Assembly: GCA_900617105.1 (NCBI GenBank)
Contig: UYFQ01000001.1
Location: forward strand, 124,001-188,000
Source: Hydrurus foetidus
Lineage: Eukaryota
Direction: 5' to 3'
Length of the DNA: 64,000 bases
Part shown: in pieces, positions 1-12,569 of the stretch
How the letters are laid out: each line of letters opens with the position of its first letter
Numbering within the stretch: the stretch's first letter is position 1
Notes under the pieces: generated by a model
Databases searched by the model: none
What the model saw: the letters and a program-made list of their open reading frames with translations, nothing else
Told to the model about the DNA's origin: nothing
Program-made: the position numbers and the translations under genes

Positions 1-691
1 AGCTTGACCTCTATGGCTTCAAGTTCTACACCCTGCACGTGCTGGGCAAACCCTGGGCCATGCCCAACTTCATCAAACCGCCCAAGGTGCAGCGCCTGCC
101 CGACATCGTCACCGTCGAAGAAGCGCAAACCCTGTTCATGGCCACGCGGGTCTTGAGCTACCGGGTGTTCTACTTCACCGTTTACAGCATGGGCCTGCGC
201 CTGAGCGAAGGCCTGGCCTTGAAGGTCAGTGACATTGATGCGGTACGCCAGCGCGTGCACATACGCGACTCCAAAGGCAACCGCGACCGCTTCGTGCCAC
301 TGCCCGTCATGACCCTGGATGTGCTGCGTCGCTTTTGGCAAACCCACCGCAACCCTGAGTTGCTGTTCCCCAACCGCTTGGGCGGCCTGGCGGGGGCGCA
401 TGCGGCACGCACGCCCCTAGACCGAGGCGGCGTGCAAAAGACGCTGCATCAAGTCACGCTGGATTGCGGCCTAAAAAAAAGATCACTCCGCACAGCCTGC
501 GCCACAGCTATGCCACGCACCTGATCGAAGCCGGGGTAGATCTGCTGGAAGTGCAGAAGATTCTGGGCCACCACAGCATCCTCACCACCACCCGTTACAC
601 CCACCTGACGCACGGCACCCACACGCAAGCCAGCACGAAGATCGAAACCCTGATGGGCCGCTTCCATCTCGATTGGGCGGGTGTCAAATGA
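1..691 (+). CDS. Tyrosine recombinase (5'-truncated by window), two frames joined by a -1 shift at A8 run 473-480
   Basis: Box I GLRLSE in ORF 39-524; box [12 protein letters not shown]...LGH...Y in the -1 frame ORF 464-691. Confidence 0.88.
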
Positions 692-1797
692 TCCCGCTTG
701 TCCATCTCATCGAGCGCTTTGGCGCGGACTACCTCAGCCAATACCCCCGGTGCGCCGCTCACCCACAACGCCAAGCGCTCAACGCCATGCGGCGCTGCCG
801 CACCGCCTTGGCCCCGTGCATGCTGGCCCAGTGTGGTGACTGTGGCGAACAACGTGTCGTGCCGCATTCTTGCGGTCACCGCAATTGTCCGCACTGCCAG
901 CACCATGAGAGCCAAGCTTGGACAGAGCGACAAACTAAAGCGCTGGTGCCGGGCAACTACTTTCTGATCACGTTCACTTTGCCCGCAGAACTGAGAGCGC
1001 TGGCGTGGCAGCACCAACGTGTCGTCTACACCGCCTTGATGGATTGCGCCTGGCAGACGCTACGCACGTTCAGCCAGAACCACCGACAGTTGCAAGGCAC
1101 GCCTGGTGCCGTGGCCGTGCTGCACACGCATTCGCGGCAATTGGAATTCCATCCCCATGTGCACATGGTCATGCCAGGGGCAGCGCTGGATGCCGACAAG
1201 GGTCTGTGGCGCAGCTTGCGCCGCAGTAGCAAAGGCAAGGGCTATTTGTTTAATCACGAGGCCTTGGCCAAAGTGTTTCGCGGCAAGTTCTTGTCGGCTT
1301 TGCGCGATCAAGGTTTGAGTATTCCAAACAACTTGCCCAAAGACTGGGTGGTCGATTGCAAGGGGGTGGGCGATGGCAAGAAGGCCTTGGTCTATCTGGG
1401 GCGCTACTTGTACCGAGGGGTGATTCAGGAGAAAGACATCCTGCGTTGCGACGAAAAAACCGTGACGTACCGCTGGCGGGACAGCAAGACCCAGAAGATG
1501 GCCACACGCACCGTCAGCGGCGCAGAGTTTTTGCGGCTGGTGTTACAGCACGTCTTGCCCAAAGGCTTCAGGCGAGCGCGTAACTTTGGCTTCCTGCACC
1601 CCAACAGCAAGCGGCTGATTGCACTGCTGAAGTTGCTGGTGTTCAAGCGGGCAAACGCAGCGCCAGCAAACGCAACACCTCGAGCACAATGGACATGCGC
1701 CTGTTGTGGCGGCGCGATGACGGTCATTCGGCGGCGCATCACGACACCCCCAAAAGCGCCGCCAAGCGCACCAAGTGAGGCCTGCACGAGCCAGTAA
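688..1797 (+). CDS. IS91-family Y2 (HUH) rolling-circle transposase
   Basis: N-terminal Cys cluster ([14 protein letters not shown]), HUH motif HPHVH, YLGRY (YxxxY); ATGA overlap with the recombinase stop. Confidence 0.92.
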   Translation: MIPLVHLIERFGADYLSQYPRCAAHPQRQALNAMRRCRTALAPCMLAQCGDCGEQRVVPHSCGHRNCPHCQHHESQAWTERQTKALVPGNYFLITFTLPAELRALAWQHQRVVYTALMDCAWQTLRTFSQNHRQLQGTPGAVAVLHTHSRQLEFHPHVHMVMPGAALDADKGLWRSLRRSSKGKGYLFNHEALAKVFRGKFLSALRDQGLSIPNNLPKDWVVDCKGVGDGKKALVYLGRYLYRGVIQEKDILRCDEKTVTYRWRDSKTQKMATRTVSGAEFLRLVLQHVLPKGFRRARNFGFLHPNSKRLIALLKLLVFKRANAAPANATPRAQWTCACCGGAMTVIRRRITTPPKAPPSAPSEACTSQ

Positions 1798-2013
1798 TTC
1801 TCAAAGCATCATCGGCCCCGGCAGTGCCCAGTTGGTGCTGTGTCAGCGCTCGGCCAAAAACAGCAACAGCACCTTGCTTTGCTTGATCTCAGGTGCCGCA
1901 ACGCCACCCTCTACGTAGTCGCCATCACGCAGGCGCTACGCAAACACACATTCCACCGGGGACTTCAAAAAGATATTTGCAGTGGGCGAGAAGCGTCGCC
2001 CAAAACCGGGCTC

Positions 2014-2067
2014 GTCCAACAGCCGGTTCAGATCGTGGCAAGCACGATCTAACCTTATTCGTTAGAC
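2014..2067 (+). repeat. attC-like recombination site at the junction of the two element copies
   Basis: R'' GTCCAAC, 5 bp, L'' GTTCAGAT (extra C at position 4), hairpin, L' ATCTAAC, 7 bp, R' GTTAGAC. Confidence 0.8.
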
Positions 2068-2179
2068 GAAGCCGCTACGCGGAGCGGGAGCGGCGCGAGG
2101 GCCATCGGTGAATTCGTAAGCTGTAGGCGCATGCATCAATTGTGAGGCATGTTGACCTTCAATTCACTGGAGTTTGCCC

Positions 2180-3111
2180 ATGTCCACCCACCCCGGCGGC
2201 TTTGACCCCGCTGCCTTTCCAGAGCCTTTTTCCAACGCGTACCGCACCCACTTGCAGCACCTCAAGCTCAAAGGCCTGCAACCCAAAACCATTGACGCCT
2301 ATGCCCGTGCCATCCGGCGCATGGGCGACTACTTTGATTTCCGGCTTGATGTGTTGACCCCCGCACAACTCACCGATTACTTCAGCGACCTGATCGCCTC
2401 CCACTCGTGGAGCGCCGTCAAGCTTGACCTCTATGGCTTCAAGTTCTACACCCTGCACGTGCTGGGCAAACCCTGGGCCATGCCCAACTTCATCAAACCG
2501 CCCAAGGTGCAGCGCCTGCCCGACATCGTCACCGTCGAAGAAGCGCAAACCCTGTTCATGGCCACGCGGGTCTTGAGCTACCGGGTGTTCTACTTCACCG
2601 TTTACAGCATGGGCCTGCGCCTGAGCGAAGGCCTGGCCTTGAAGGTCAGTGACATTGATGCGGTACGCCAGCGCGTGCACATACGCGACTCCAAAGGCAA
2701 CCGCGACCGCTTCGTGCCACTGCCCGTCATGACCCTGGATGTGCTGCGTCGCTTTTGGCAAACCCACCGCAACCCTGAGTTGCTGTTCCCCAACCGCTTG
2801 GGCGGCCTGGCGGGGGCGCATGCGGCACGCACGCCCCTAGACCGAGGCGGCGTGCAAAAGACGCTGCATCAAGTCACGCTGGATTGCGGCCTAAAAAAAA
2901 GATCACTCCGCACAGCCTGCGCCACAGCTATGCCACGCACCTGATCGAAGCCGGGGTTGACCTGCTTGAAGTGCAGAAGATTCTGGGCCACCACAGCATC
3001 CTCACCACCACCCGTTACACCCACCTGACGCACGGCACCCACACGCAAGCCAGCACGAAGATCGAAACCCTGATGGGCCGCTTCCATCTCGATTGGGCGG
3101 GTGTCAAATGA
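2180..3111 (+). CDS. Tyrosine recombinase needing a -1 frameshift at 2893-2900
   Basis: GGAG RBS before ATG 2180; N-terminal SAM-like region ([12 protein letters not shown]), box I, then box II in the -1 frame after CTA AAA AAA AG. Confidence 0.88.
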
Positions 3112-4217
3112 TCCCGCTTGTCCATCTCATCGAGCGCTTTGGTGCCGACTACCTCAGCCAGTACCCCCGGTGCGCCGCTCACCCACAACGCCAAGCGCTC
3201 AACGCCATGCGGCGCTGCCGCACCGCCTTGGCCCCGTGCATGCTGGCCCAGTGTGGTGACTGTGGCGAACAACGTGTCGTGCCGCATTCTTGCGGTCACC
3301 GCAATTGTCCGCACTGCCAGCACCATGAGAGCCAAGCTTGGACAGAGCGACAAACTAAAGCGCTGGTGCCGGGCAATTACTTTTTGATCACGTTCACTTT
3401 GCCCGCAGAACTGAGAGCGCTGGCGTGGCAGCACCAACGTGTCGTCTACACCGCCTTGATGGATTGCGCCTGGCAGACGCTGCGCACGTTCAGCCAGAAC
3501 CACCGACAGTTGCAAGGCACGCCTGGTGCCGTGGCCGTGCTGCACACGCATTCGCGGCAATTGGAATTCCATCCCCATGTGCACATGGTCATGCCAGGGG
3601 CAGCGCTGGATGCCGACAAGGGTCTGTGGCGTAGCTTGCGCCGCAGTAGCAAAGGCAAGGGCTATTTGTTTAATCACGAGGCCTTGGCCAAAGTGTTTCG
3701 CGGCAAGTTCTTGTCGGCTTTGCGCGATCAAGGTTTGAGTATTCCAAACAACTTGCCCAAAGACTGGGTGGTCGATTGCAAGGGGGTGGGCGATGGCAAG
3801 AAGGCCTTGGTCTATCTGGGGCGCTACTTGTACCGAGGGGTGATTCAGGAGAAAGACATCCTGCGTTGCGACGAAAAAACCGTGACGTACCGCTGGCGGG
3901 ACAGCAAGACCCAGAAGATGGCCACACGCACCGTCAGCGGCGCAGAGTTTTTGCGGCTGGTGTTACAGCACGTCTTGCCCAAAGGCTTCAGGCGAGCGCG
4001 TAACTTTGGCTTCCTGCACCCCAACAGCAAGCGGCTGATTGCACTGCTGAAGTTGCTGGTGTTCAAGCGGGCAAACGCAGCGCCAGCAAACGCAACACCT
4101 CGAGCACAATGGACATGCGCCTGTTGTGGCGGCGCGATGACCGTCATTCGGCGGCGCATCACGACACCCCCAAAAGCGCCGCCAAGCGCACCAAGTGAGG
4201 CCTGCACGAGCCAGTAA
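3108..4217 (+). CDS. IS91-family Y2 (HUH) transposase
   Basis: Protein identical to 688-1797. Confidence 0.92.
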   Translation: MIPLVHLIERFGADYLSQYPRCAAHPQRQALNAMRRCRTALAPCMLAQCGDCGEQRVVPHSCGHRNCPHCQHHESQAWTERQTKALVPGNYFLITFTLPAELRALAWQHQRVVYTALMDCAWQTLRTFSQNHRQLQGTPGAVAVLHTHSRQLEFHPHVHMVMPGAALDADKGLWRSLRRSSKGKGYLFNHEALAKVFRGKFLSALRDQGLSIPNNLPKDWVVDCKGVGDGKKALVYLGRYLYRGVIQEKDILRCDEKTVTYRWRDSKTQKMATRTVSGAEFLRLVLQHVLPKGFRRARNFGFLHPNSKRLIALLKLLVFKRANAAPANATPRAQWTCACCGGAMTVIRRRITTPPKAPPSAPSEACTSQ

Positions 4218-4433
4218 TTCTCAAAGCATCATCGGCCCCGGCAGTGCCCAGTTGGTGCTGTGTCAGCGCTCGGCCAAAAACAGCAACAGCACCTTGCTTT
4301 GCTTGATCTCAGGTGCCGCAACGCCACCCTCTACGTAGTCGCCATCACGCAGGCGCTACGTAAACACACATTCCACCGGGGACTTCAAAAAGATATTTGC
4401 AGTGGGCGAGAAGCGTCGCCCAAAACCGGGCTC

Positions 4434-4487
4434 GTCCAACAGCCGGTTCAGATCGTGGCAAGCACGATCTAACCTTATTCGTTAGGC
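4434..4487 (+). repeat. attC-like site at the right end of copy 2
   Basis: Same as 2014-2065, ending GTTAGGC (GTTRRRY). Confidence 0.8.
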
Positions 4488-4748
4488 TGGGCGCTGGCCG
4501 GTCAAAACTTGATTGGAGAATTGATACTCCGTGGAACTGAAGATCAGCATTGATTTCTTCGAGCAACGGCGTTGGAACGATACAAGGCTTGTGTTCTCCG
4601 TCCCTTTTGCTTCGGACGCATTACCCACAAAGCCGCTGGAGAAGAATTCAAGCTTTCTGATCTCGTAGCGCTGTTCATCCAGCTCAGAGACCAGCCGAAA
4701 GGGATCTTCGTGGTTTGTGTGAGACCACTGGACATCTATGTATTCCAT
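4482..4748 (-). pseudogene. Integron cassette gene, small protein resembling DUF6881; 1-bp frameshift near 4583
   Basis: MEYIDVQWSH...ELDEQRYEIRKLEFF continues in another frame as IVPTPLLEEINADLQF; flanked on the minus strand by GTTAGGC (4838) and GCCTAAC (4487). Confidence 0.55.
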
Positions 4749-4831
4749 TGCTTCCACTCATGCTTGACAGCTTGCAGCACCCTCCAGTGTAGCGGGTACC
4801 GAACGAGGATCAGAATATGGCATCTTCAGAC

Positions 4832-4850
4832 GCCTAACGTAATGTATACC
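4832..4850 (-). other. Putative integron attI simple site
   Basis: Minus strand GGTATAC-ATTAC-GTTAGGC (degenerate L, 5-bp spacer, GTTRRRY) with no attC hairpin in front of it. Confidence 0.5.
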
Positions 4851-5112
4851 GCAAAACCTGCGGTTTAAATCGGCGGCTGAGGTTTATATCATCCATAAAA
4901 TTCTCCCGAAAGTGGCTTGCAGCCTTGGTTTCTGTGGGTTTTCCAGATTTTTATACAGGTATAAAAATTTTGACAAACCCCGCAGGTTCACCGACTGTGG
5001 CGTGACTCGGGCCTTTGGCCTCTCCACGCAGAGGTTCACAGGTACCGGCAGGTCCAGGTTGTCGCTCAGGGTGCCCTGGCCGTACTGGAACAGTTTTGGT
5101 CTGATCGCCACC

Positions 5113-5922
5113 CTAAAACCCCGCCCTCGGCACCGCACCCACCAGCGCCTGCGTATACGGGTGCTGCGGCTGGGTGAACAGTTGTGCCGGGGTGCCGCGT
5201 TCCACTATCACGCCGCTTTGCATCACGGCTACTTCGTCGCAGACATGCTGTACCACGGCCAGATCGTGGCTGATGAGCAGGTAGGTGACGCCGAACTGGT
5301 CTTGCAGATCCATCATCAGGTTGAGCACCTGGGCTTGTACGGAGACATCGAGGGCGCTGACGGGTTCGTCTGCCACGATGAGCTTGGGGCGGGTGATGAG
5401 GGCGCGGGCGATGGCGATGCGTTGGCGTTGACCCCCGGAGAATTCATGCGGGTATTTGTCCAGATCGGTGAGGCGAAGACCGACGGCGGTGAGGGATTCG
5501 GCGGCGCGGTCGCGCAGGTCTTTGGGGCTGATGCCGGGCTGCACCGACAGGGGTTCCGCGACGATGCGGGCGACGGTTTGGCGGGGGTCTAGCGAGCCGT
5601 AGGGGTCTTGGAACACCATTTGGAAGTTGCGCCGAGCTGCTCTTAAATCCGTAGCGCTCAGCGTATGCAGATCCTGCCCTAAGAGGGTGACTGAGCCTGA
5701 AGTGGGGGTCTCCAGTGCCATCACTTGGCGGGCCAGGGTGGATTTGCCTGAACCTGATTCGCCCACGATGCCGAAGCTGCGGCCTGTTTGAACGTCAAAG
5801 CTGACACCGCGCAGTGCCTGCACCACGCCGGGCGGGGCGAACAGGCTTTCGCGGGGCAGGGTGTAGTGCTTGGTGAGCTGGCTGACCTGAAGCAGCGGCG
5901 AGATGGTGGGGCTGGTCATCAT
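5113..5922 (-). CDS. Dipeptide/oligopeptide ABC transporter ATP-binding protein (DppF/OppF-like)
   Basis: GESGSGKS, FSGGQRQR, DEPVSALD, HPYT. Confidence 0.93.
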   Translation of the reverse strand: MMTSPTISPLLQVSQLTKHYTLPRESLFAPPGVVQALRGVSFDVQTGRSFGIVGESGSGKSTLARQVMALETPTSGSVTLLGQDLHTLSATDLRAARRNFQMVFQDPYGSLDPRQTVARIVAEPLSVQPGISPKDLRDRAAESLTAVGLRLTDLDKYPHEFSGGQRQRIAIARALITRPKLIVADEPVSALDVSVQAQVLNLMMDLQDQFGVTYLLISHDLAVVQHVCDEVAVMQSGVIVERGTPAQLFTQPQHPYTQALVGAVPRAGF

Positions 5923-5931
5923 GCGGGTGTT

Positions 5932-6940
5932 TCAGGGGTGTGTATCAGGGGGAGTTTTGGCCGTTTGCAGCAAGACACAGCGGCTGGCGTGCTGTGGGCC
6001 TAGCGTGACGGTGGGTGGGGTTTGAGTGGCGCAATTGGGCAGCGCTACGTCGCAGCGGCTGGCGAAGGGGCAGCCGCTGGGCATCAAATGCAGTTCAGGC
6101 ACGGTGCCGGGGATGCTGGGCAGGCGAGGGCGTTTGCGGGGCAAATCTTGGAGTGAACCTTCGATGGCGTCTGTCACGGTTGTCGCGCCAAAGCTGGGGC
6201 GAGAGGCAAACAGGCCGCGTGTATACGGGTGGGCGCGTTGTGCGAAGACTTCGCGGGTGGGGCCGCTTTCCACCACGGTGCCGCCGTACATCACGAGCAT
6301 GCGGTCGGCGTTTTGAGCGATCACACCCAAATCGTGCGAAATCAAAATCATGCCCATGCCGCGTTCTTTGACCAGTTCGCGGATGAGTTTCAGCACTTCA
6401 CCGGCCACCGTTCACGTCCAAGGCGGTGGTCGTCCGCAATCAGCAAATCCACCGGCGAGCGCCATCGCGATGGTGATGTTCGCTGGCCGCAAAACTGGTG
6501 CGGGTAAGCGTCCATGCGGCGGGGGCATCGGGGATGCCTACGCGGTCGCAGGCGCAGGGCTTGGGCGCGGGCGTGCTGCGAGAGGTTTTTGTGCAAGCGC
6601 ATCGGCGACTTGGTGGCATGGTGTGCAGCGGTTCAGTGCAGTCATGGGCTCTTGGAAGACCATCGCGATGCGTTGCCGCGCAGGTGGCGGAGTTCGGCAG
6701 ACCCCACCAGCTCGGTGTGCCGCCGTGTTCGGTCGTTGTGAATTGGATGGAGCCGCCCACCCGGGCGCTGTCGGGTAGCAAGCCCATCAAGGCCATCGCC
6801 GTGAGCGATTTACCGCAGCCGGATTCACCGACCAGCCCCAGGGTGTCGCCGCGTGCCATGCTGAAGCTCACGCCGCGCACGGCATCGGCGGGGCCGTGGG
6901 GGGTTTGCAGCGTTACCCGCAGTTGTTCGACTTTCAACAT
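5932..6940 (-). pseudogene. Peptide ABC ATP-binding protein (DppD-like), several frameshifts (probably sequencing errors)
   Basis: GESGCGKS in 6440-6940 and ISHDLGV/HPYT/GCPFASRC in 5932-6408, in different frames. Confidence 0.85.
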
Positions 6941-6941
6941 A

Positions 6942-7770
6942 TCAGCGCTTTCTGGCCAAGCGGGGGTCTAACAGGTCACGCAGGCCATCACCCAGCAGGT
7001 TCAAACCCAGCACGGCCAGCGCAATCGCCACGCCGGGGTAAACGGCCAACATGGGCATTTGAAACAGCAGCGTTTGCGCTTCGCTCAGCATCCGACCCCA
7101 CGAGGGTTGCGGCGGCTGCGTGCCCAGGCCGAGGTAAGACAGCGCGGCTTCGGCCAGGATGGCGGTGGCAAAACGGATCGTTACCTGCACGATCAGCACC
7201 GAGGTGATGTTGGGCAGAACATGTTCCAGCGTGATGCGCCACGGGCCTTTGCCACAGGCGCGGGCGGCCAGCACGTATTCGCGCGTCCAAATGGCGTTGG
7301 CCGAGCCGCGTGTGATGCGGGCGAAGGTGGGGATGTTGTAGATGCCGATGGCGATGATGGCGTTCACAATGCCCGCGCCAAACACGGCGGTCAGCATGAT
7401 GGCCGACAAAATCGCAGGGAAGGCGAGGCTGAAGTCGCTCAGCCGCATGATGAGTTCTTCCACCCAGCCCCGGCGGGCGGCGGCGAGCAGGCCTAAAGCG
7501 GTGCCCACCAGCAGGCCGATGCCGACCGCGATCACGCCGACGAGGATGGAGTTGCGTGCGCCCACCAGCAGCAGCGAAGCCACGTCGCGCCCCAGCGGGT
7601 CGGTGCCCATCCAGTGGGCGGCGCTGGGGCTTTGCAGCTTGTGGGGCACGTCGATCTCGTAGGGCGACCAGGGTGTCCAGACCAACGACAGAAGGGCAGC
7701 GGCGAGCAACAGAAGCGTGAGCGCCGCGCCGATGGCAAAGCTGCGGTGGCGAAAGGCGCGTTTCAAGAAA

Positions 7771-7781
<11 letters not shown>
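6942..7781 (-). CDS. Peptide ABC transporter permease (DppC-like)
   Basis: GTDPLGRD, EAA loop (EYVLAARACG), LLGDGLRD. Confidence 0.93.
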
Positions 7782-9641
<1,860 letters not shown>

Positions 9642-9669
9642 GGTGAATTTTAGGTGACTCTGAAATGCA

Positions 9670-9693
9670 AACGGCCCACCGAGGTGGGCCGTT
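9670..9693. terminator. GC-rich hairpin between rplY and pth
   Basis: AACGGCCCACC-GA-GGTGGGCCGTT perfect inverted repeat. Confidence 0.55.
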
Positions 9694-9745
9694 GACTGCA
9701 CCCAACCCGATGCGATGCAAGGGCAGGGATAAGCAAGCGCTGTGC

Positions 9746-10396
9746 TTATTTCTTAGCGGCAGGCTTGGCAGCGGTTTTGGCAGCAGGCTTGCCCTTGCCC
9801 GCAGGTGCGGCAGCTGCTGCTGGATCAGGCACTTCTTCAGCCAAAGGCACAACGGAGACCAAAACTGGGTTTTGGTTGCCACGGGTCAATACCTTCACGC
9901 CCTTAGGCACGGTGATGTCAGCCAGATGCAAAGAACGGCCCTTTTTCAGACCGCTCAAGTCAACGGCGATGAACTCAGGCAGGTCGCTTGGCAGGCACGA
10001 CACGGACAACTCGGACACCACATGGTTGACCAAGCAATTGTCGGTTTTTACCGCTGGGGAAGTGTCTTCACCCGAGTAGTGCAGAGCGACCTTCAAGGTC
10101 AGCTTGGTGTTGGCATCGACGCGTTGGAAATCGCAATGCAAAATCAGCGGACGGAAAGGGTGAGGTTGCACGTCGCGCAACAGGACATTGGTGGACTTGC
10201 CGTCAATTTCCATTTCCAACACGGTGGAATGGAACGCTTCCTTTTTCAGGGCGTGCCACAGCGCGTTGTGATCGAGTTCGATCAAGTGAGGTTGGCCATC
10301 GCCACCGTAGACGATGCCAGGTGTGCGACCAGTGATGCGGAGACGGCGGCTCGCACCCGTGCCCTGCTTTGCGCGTTCAAAAGCGACGAATTTCAT
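9746..10396 (-). CDS. rplY: 50S ribosomal protein L25/Ctc
   Basis: [25 protein letters not shown]; prs-rplY-pth order. Confidence 0.96.
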   Translation of the reverse strand: MKFVAFERAKQGTGASRRLRITGRTPGIVYGGDGQPHLIELDHNALWHALKKEAFHSTVLEMEIDGKSTNVLLRDVQPHPFRPLILHCDFQRVDANTKLTLKVALHYSGEDTSPAVKTDNCLVNHVVSELSVSCLPSDLPEFIAVDLSGLKKGRSLHLADITVPKGVKVLTRGNQNPVLVSVVPLAEEVPDPAAAAAPAGKGKPAAKTAAKPAAKK

Positions 10397-10438
10397 AAAC
10401 TTCTCCATGCAGTGGTCAACGACACACCGCGTTCAATT

Positions 10439-10465
10439 GGAGTTCACCGCGACCAGTGCAACTCC
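10439..10465 (-). promoter_or_regulatory. Putative rplY (L25) leader hairpin
   Basis: GGAGTT-GCACTGGTCGCGGTG-AACTCC stem in the rplY 5' UTR. Confidence 0.5.
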
Positions 10466-10570
10466 AGCTACAAAATGACCCGCACAGAACATCTGTCGCG
10501 GGTCGCTAGATGCACCTATGCCTTGAAAACTTCAAGACATGGGTGCAGATGGGGTAAAGCTGTAAAAAGC

Positions 10571-11548
10571 TTAGAAAAGATTTTCTTGGTCAGAGAACAA
10601 GCTCATGACCGATTCGCCGGTCGAGATGCGTTGAATGGTTTCAGCGATCAACGGGGCTACCGACAGTTGCCGGATTTTCTTGCAGGCCAGCGCATTCGCG
10701 TTCAACGGAATGGTGTTGGTGATGACCACTTCGTCCAAAGCCTCGCCTTGGGTGATACGCTCAATCGCCGGGCCAGAGAACACGGGGTGCGTACAGTAGG
10801 CGTAAACCTTCTTGGCACCACGTTCTTTCAGCACTTCAGCGGCTTTCACCAGCGTGCCTGCGGTGTCAATCATGTCGTCCATGATGACGCAGTTGCGGCC
10901 TTCAATCTCACCGATCACATGCATGACTTCGCTGACATTGGCACGAGGACGGCGTTTGTCAATGATGGCCAGATCGCAACCGAGTTGCTTTGCCAGTGCA
11001 CGGGCACGCACTACACCACCTACATCGGGCGACACCACGATCAAATCTTCGTAGTTTTGACCACGCAAATCACCCAACAGCAGCGGGGATGCGTAAATGT
11101 TGTCAACGGGGATATTGAAGAAGCCTTGGATTTGGTCAGCGTGCAAGTCCATCGTTAGCACGCGGGCAACGCCAACGGTTTGAAGCATGTCCGCCACAAC
11201 TTTCGCGGAGATTGGCACCCGGCCTGAGCGGGGGCGACGGTCTTGGCGGGCATAGCCGAAATACGGAATGACTGCGCTGATGCGTTCAGCCGATGCACGT
11301 TTGAGTGCATCAACCATCATCAGCAATTCCATCAGGTTTTCGTTGGTCGGTGCGCAGGTGGACTGAACCACAAACACATCGCGAGCACGCACGTTTTGTT
11401 TGATTTCGACAGTGACTTCACCGTCGGAAAAACGGCCTACATGGGCAGCGCCCAAACCGATACCGAGGTGCCCTGCAATCTCAGCCGCGAGGCCGGGATT
11501 GGCATTGCCAGTGAAAACCATGAAATCAGGAGTAGAAACAGACTGCAT
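10571..11548 (-). CDS. prs: Ribose-phosphate pyrophosphokinase
   Basis: [21 protein letters not shown]. Confidence 0.97.
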   Translation of the reverse strand: MQSVSTPDFMVFTGNANPGLAAEIAGHLGIGLGAAHVGRFSDGEVTVEIKQNVRARDVFVVQSTCAPTNENLMELLMMVDALKRASAERISAVIPYFGYARQDRRPRSGRVPISAKVVADMLQTVGVARVLTMDLHADQIQGFFNIPVDNIYASPLLLGDLRGQNYEDLIVVSPDVGGVVRARALAKQLGCDLAIIDKRRPRANVSEVMHVIGEIEGRNCVIMDDMIDTAGTLVKAAEVLKERGAKKVYAYCTHPVFSGPAIERITQGEALDEVVITNTIPLNANALACKKIRQLSVAPLIAETIQRISTGESVMSLFSDQENLF

Positions 11549-11577
11549 GCGCAATACCGGTGCGTGGCAAAAAAATT

Positions 11578-11654
11578 TGGCAGAGGAGGAAGGAGTCGAA
11601 CCTTCGAATGCTGGAATCAAAATCCAGTGCCTTAACCAACTTGGCGACTCCCCT
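11578..11654 (-). tRNA. tRNA-Gln(TTG)
   Basis: Cloverleaf AGGGGAG...CTGGA TTTTGAT TCCAG...GGTTCGACTCC...CCA; usual ispE-tRNA-prs position. Confidence 0.96.
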
Positions 11655-11674
11655 ACACGGGTCAACAGCTTAAG

Positions 11675-12565
11675 TTAAGCTGCCAACCGACTATCGTTTG
11701 TTGAAGCCCACCCGAAGAGCGGATGAACTTCCAAATTGCTGCAAATTCGCATTTGCCACAGAGCAGGAAGTTTACCTAAAAATAAACCACTTTTCAGATT
11801 GAGGTGCGCAAATATTGCACTTCCTGAACCTGTCATTCGCCCTTGCAAACCTTGCGTTTCAAGCCACTTTAAAGCGCTTGTCACATCAGGGCACAGTTGC
11901 TCTGCAACTGCTTGCAAATCGTTGCCGCCAAAAACAAATTTTTTGTATTTTGACTGTGCAGCAAAGCCTACGATTGTAGCAGTCTCTGTGTCGCGTTTCA
12001 AATCGTTGGCCGAAAAAATTTTTGCAGTCTCTAAACCGGCTGTGGGTTTGACCACCACAAACTGCGCGGCATCGAGTTTGGCATCCCCTTCCAAGGGGGT
12101 GATTTTTTCGCCAATACCTTCTACCCAAGCGTTACGTCCGCGCAAGAAAAAGGGCACATCCGCTCCCAGTCGCAGGCCCAGTGTTTCCAATGTAGACAGC
12201 GGCAGGTTCAGCTTCCACAGCCGGTTCAGTGCCAACAGGCAGCTTGCCGCGTCCGATGAGCCACCGCCCATACCGGCTTGGGCCGGGATGTGCTTTGCTA
12301 CGCCAATGTGAGCGCCCATCGTGCAACCGGTATGGCTTTGCAAGGCACGGGCAGCCCTCAGAATCAAATCATCTGGCGGTAGTGCAAGGGTTAAATCTTC
12401 ACGGCTGAGTTGACCATCGGTGCGCAGCTCAAAATTCAGGCTGTCGCACCAGTCGATCAGCATGAAGACCGATTGCAGCAGGTGGTAGCCATCGGCTCTG
12501 CGTCCGGTGATGTGCAAAAACAGGTTGAGTTTGGCCGGAGCGGGAACGTCGTAAAGGGCTTTCAT
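11675..12565 (-). CDS. ispE: 4-diphosphocytidyl-2-C-methyl-D-erythritol kinase
   Basis: APAKLNLFL, AGMGGGSSDAA, GADVPFF, MTGSGS. Confidence 0.97.
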   Translation of the reverse strand: MKALYDVPAPAKLNLFLHITGRRADGYHLLQSVFMLIDWCDSLNFELRTDGQLSREDLTLALPPDDLILRAARALQSHTGCTMGAHIGVAKHIPAQAGMGGGSSDAASCLLALNRLWKLNLPLSTLETLGLRLGADVPFFLRGRNAWVEGIGEKITPLEGDAKLDAAQFVVVKPTAGLETAKIFSANDLKRDTETATIVGFAAQSKYKKFVFGGNDLQAVAEQLCPDVTSALKWLETQGLQGRMTGSGSAIFAHLNLKSGLFLGKLPALWQMRICSNLEVHPLFGWASTNDSRLAA

Positions 12566-12569
12566 GGCT

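Larger units (their letters stand above)
1..2061 (+). mobile_element. Copy 1 (5' end outside window) of tyrosine recombinase + IS91-type transposase element
   Basis: 1-2061 repeats at 2421-4481 (2420-bp period) with about 12 substitutions; ends in an attC-like site. Confidence 0.9.
2062..4481 (+). mobile_element. Copy 2 (complete, 2420 bp) of tyrosine recombinase + IS91-type transposase element (ISSod25-like architecture)
   Basis: Bounded by G|TT crossover points at 2061/2062 and 4481/4482; identity with copy 1 stops just after GTTAG. Confidence 0.88.

Noticed and set aside
4832..4859. Resemblance to a dif site (CCTAACGTAA-TGTATA)
   Set aside because: Only one arm is similar. The GTTRRRY/RYYYAAC pairing with the adjacent cassette fits attI better.
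4912..5592. 226-aa ORF where intI would be expected
   Set aside because: No recombinase motifs, and most of it is antisense to the ABC ATPase.
9665..11158. 497-aa plus-strand ORF and other long antisense ORFs (e.g. 47614-49041, 58484-60463)
   Set aside because: They lie opposite well-conserved genes with strong codon bias and show no motifs; these are shadow ORFs.
11690..12110. AT-rich 3' half of ispE as possible foreign DNA
   Set aside because: The frame and motifs are intact; it more likely reflects internal promoter sequence for the tRNA-Gln/prs unit.
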